In this document: in pieces, positions 62,931 to 64,000 of the stretch
Numbering within the stretch: position 1 is the first letter of the stretch
Layout of the letters: each line of letters opens with the position of its first letter
From: Trichosphaerium sp. ATCC 40318
Taxonomy: Eukaryota; Protista; Tubulinea
Length of the DNA: 64,000 bases
Assembly: GCA_038496445.1 (NCBI GenBank)
Contig: JALMLS010000502.1
Coordinates: forward strand, 1-64,000
Direction of reading: 5' to 3'
Position numbers and translations under genes: made by a program
Notes under the pieces: generated by a model
What the model was told of the DNA's origin: nothing
Seen by the model: only the letters and a program-made list of their open reading frames with translations
Database searches by the model: none

Positions 62931-64000
62931 AAAAAAAAAACAGAAAAAAATAAAAATTCAACAAGAAAAATTAATACGAGCTCGAGTATTGTCAGCTTCC
63001 TTTTTAAAGAATAACTTCTCCTTTTTGATGATTGTAATATTAACATACTTGGTATTTTCCCTTATTGTGCCAGTACTAATTGGGAACGAGCACTATACCA
63101 GTAACATGCACTCTCTTTTGTATCAGAAAATGTGGTAAATCAAACACAGTTTATAGGTGTTCAGAAGCCACGTTATTAATAATACTCTCCACACAAGTAC
63201 AGCTGATTTAGTTATCAAGGGTATTCTATCATCTTTGTTCGTGAAATTAATAAAATAACGTAAGAAATCACTAATTTTGTTGAGAAAAAAGTAGGTACTT
63301 TGCCCAAAGGTTTTTTTTTGAAAAGGGTAAAAAGGCTTGGTCCAATAGGCGTTGGATAAAGAAAAAACATCCTAAAGGGGACTTTAAGTTACAATTAACT
63401 CTACATCACTTTCTGGTTTATGGATAATTAGCTTTAAAAACCACACTGAAAGCGTCCTTATTATTCTCACTCGCATTCATGTTATTTTGAAAAAAGTGTG
63501 CCTTCTTAAGCACAGTTTATCGAACCTGAACCACCATAATACGAATAGAGCGATACTAAAACGTGACTTTAAAACCTATTATTAAAGCTCCATGCTTAAT
63601 GGTGGAGCTTAGGTGGCTTTAAAACGCAGCTATTACACGGAGAATTTAATACCGCTTATTTTGTATTGATTTGAACGAGGTAACACGGGTATCAAAACAA
63701 CAAACTCGCTCGTCACGTGACAACAGAAATTCGTCATGACTGTATTATGTAGCTACAAAACTATCTTGTGGTACGTATAAACAAAGTATATATAACCCCG
63801 GAATGTTACAGGAGGGGTTAAATATCGAAAAAGCCTCCAATCATTATTTATTATTTTTTCTTATTTTCAGACCACTCTACGATAACCAGTAAATCATTCT
63901 GGTTGTTTTAGTATTTTATGGAAACGATGTGTGTTCTCGGAGTCCCAAAACACCTATTGCTTTTGTATTCGTTTTTTTTTTTTCGACGAGCATTACGACC

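Noticed and set aside
63584-63611. Inverted repeat AAGCTCCA...TGGAGCTT resembling an intrinsic terminator
   Set aside because: The context is eukaryotic, there is no U-tract, and a single 8-bp stem is expected by chance in 64 kb.
1-64000. Transposons, rRNA, telomeric repeats, or prokaryotic operon structure
   Set aside because: I saw no transposase, reverse transcriptase, terminal repeats or rRNA motifs. Long A/T runs are confined to introns and spacers, and most short ORF-track entries are exon fragments or antisense shadows.

Overview
This is gene-dense, AT-rich (about 35% GC by eye) eukaryotic nuclear DNA with many short spliceosomal introns (commonest donor G|GTACG). The gene set (SHK-type kinase-SH2, TerD protein, divergent actin, PBP1-ectodomain receptor) suggests a free-living amoebozoan. 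A U12-type intron argues against Dictyostelium discoideum, which lacks the minor spliceosome. About 30 genes can be traced by hand-splicing, including CD2BP2, NOP14, INTS2, an ACP5-like phosphatase, RPL18A, an OSBP-related protein, an M6PR/ATG27-like protein, a PhyH dioxygenase and a UvrD-like helicase, plus two pseudogenes. The most unusual items are: (1) a circularly permuted tRNA-Cys(GCA)-like gene at 1558-1633 whose halves rebuild a perfect anticodon stem only if joined at 41/42, preceded by a leader that may restore the A-box/B-box order; (2) roughly nine-fold over-representation of the palindrome CACGTG, mostly in introns and intergenic DNA; (3) recurrent GC-AG introns with a GCACG(TG) donor, one of which decides whether an SDR enzyme is fused to a CPBP intramembrane protease; (4) unusual domain architectures (calcium sensor + inositol phosphate kinase + aegerolysin-like; ORD placed before an ORP5/8-type PH domain; stand-alone DNMT1-RFD + C2H2). 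All gene models and family calls come from manual reading, not database searches, and coordinates at uncertain ends are approximate.
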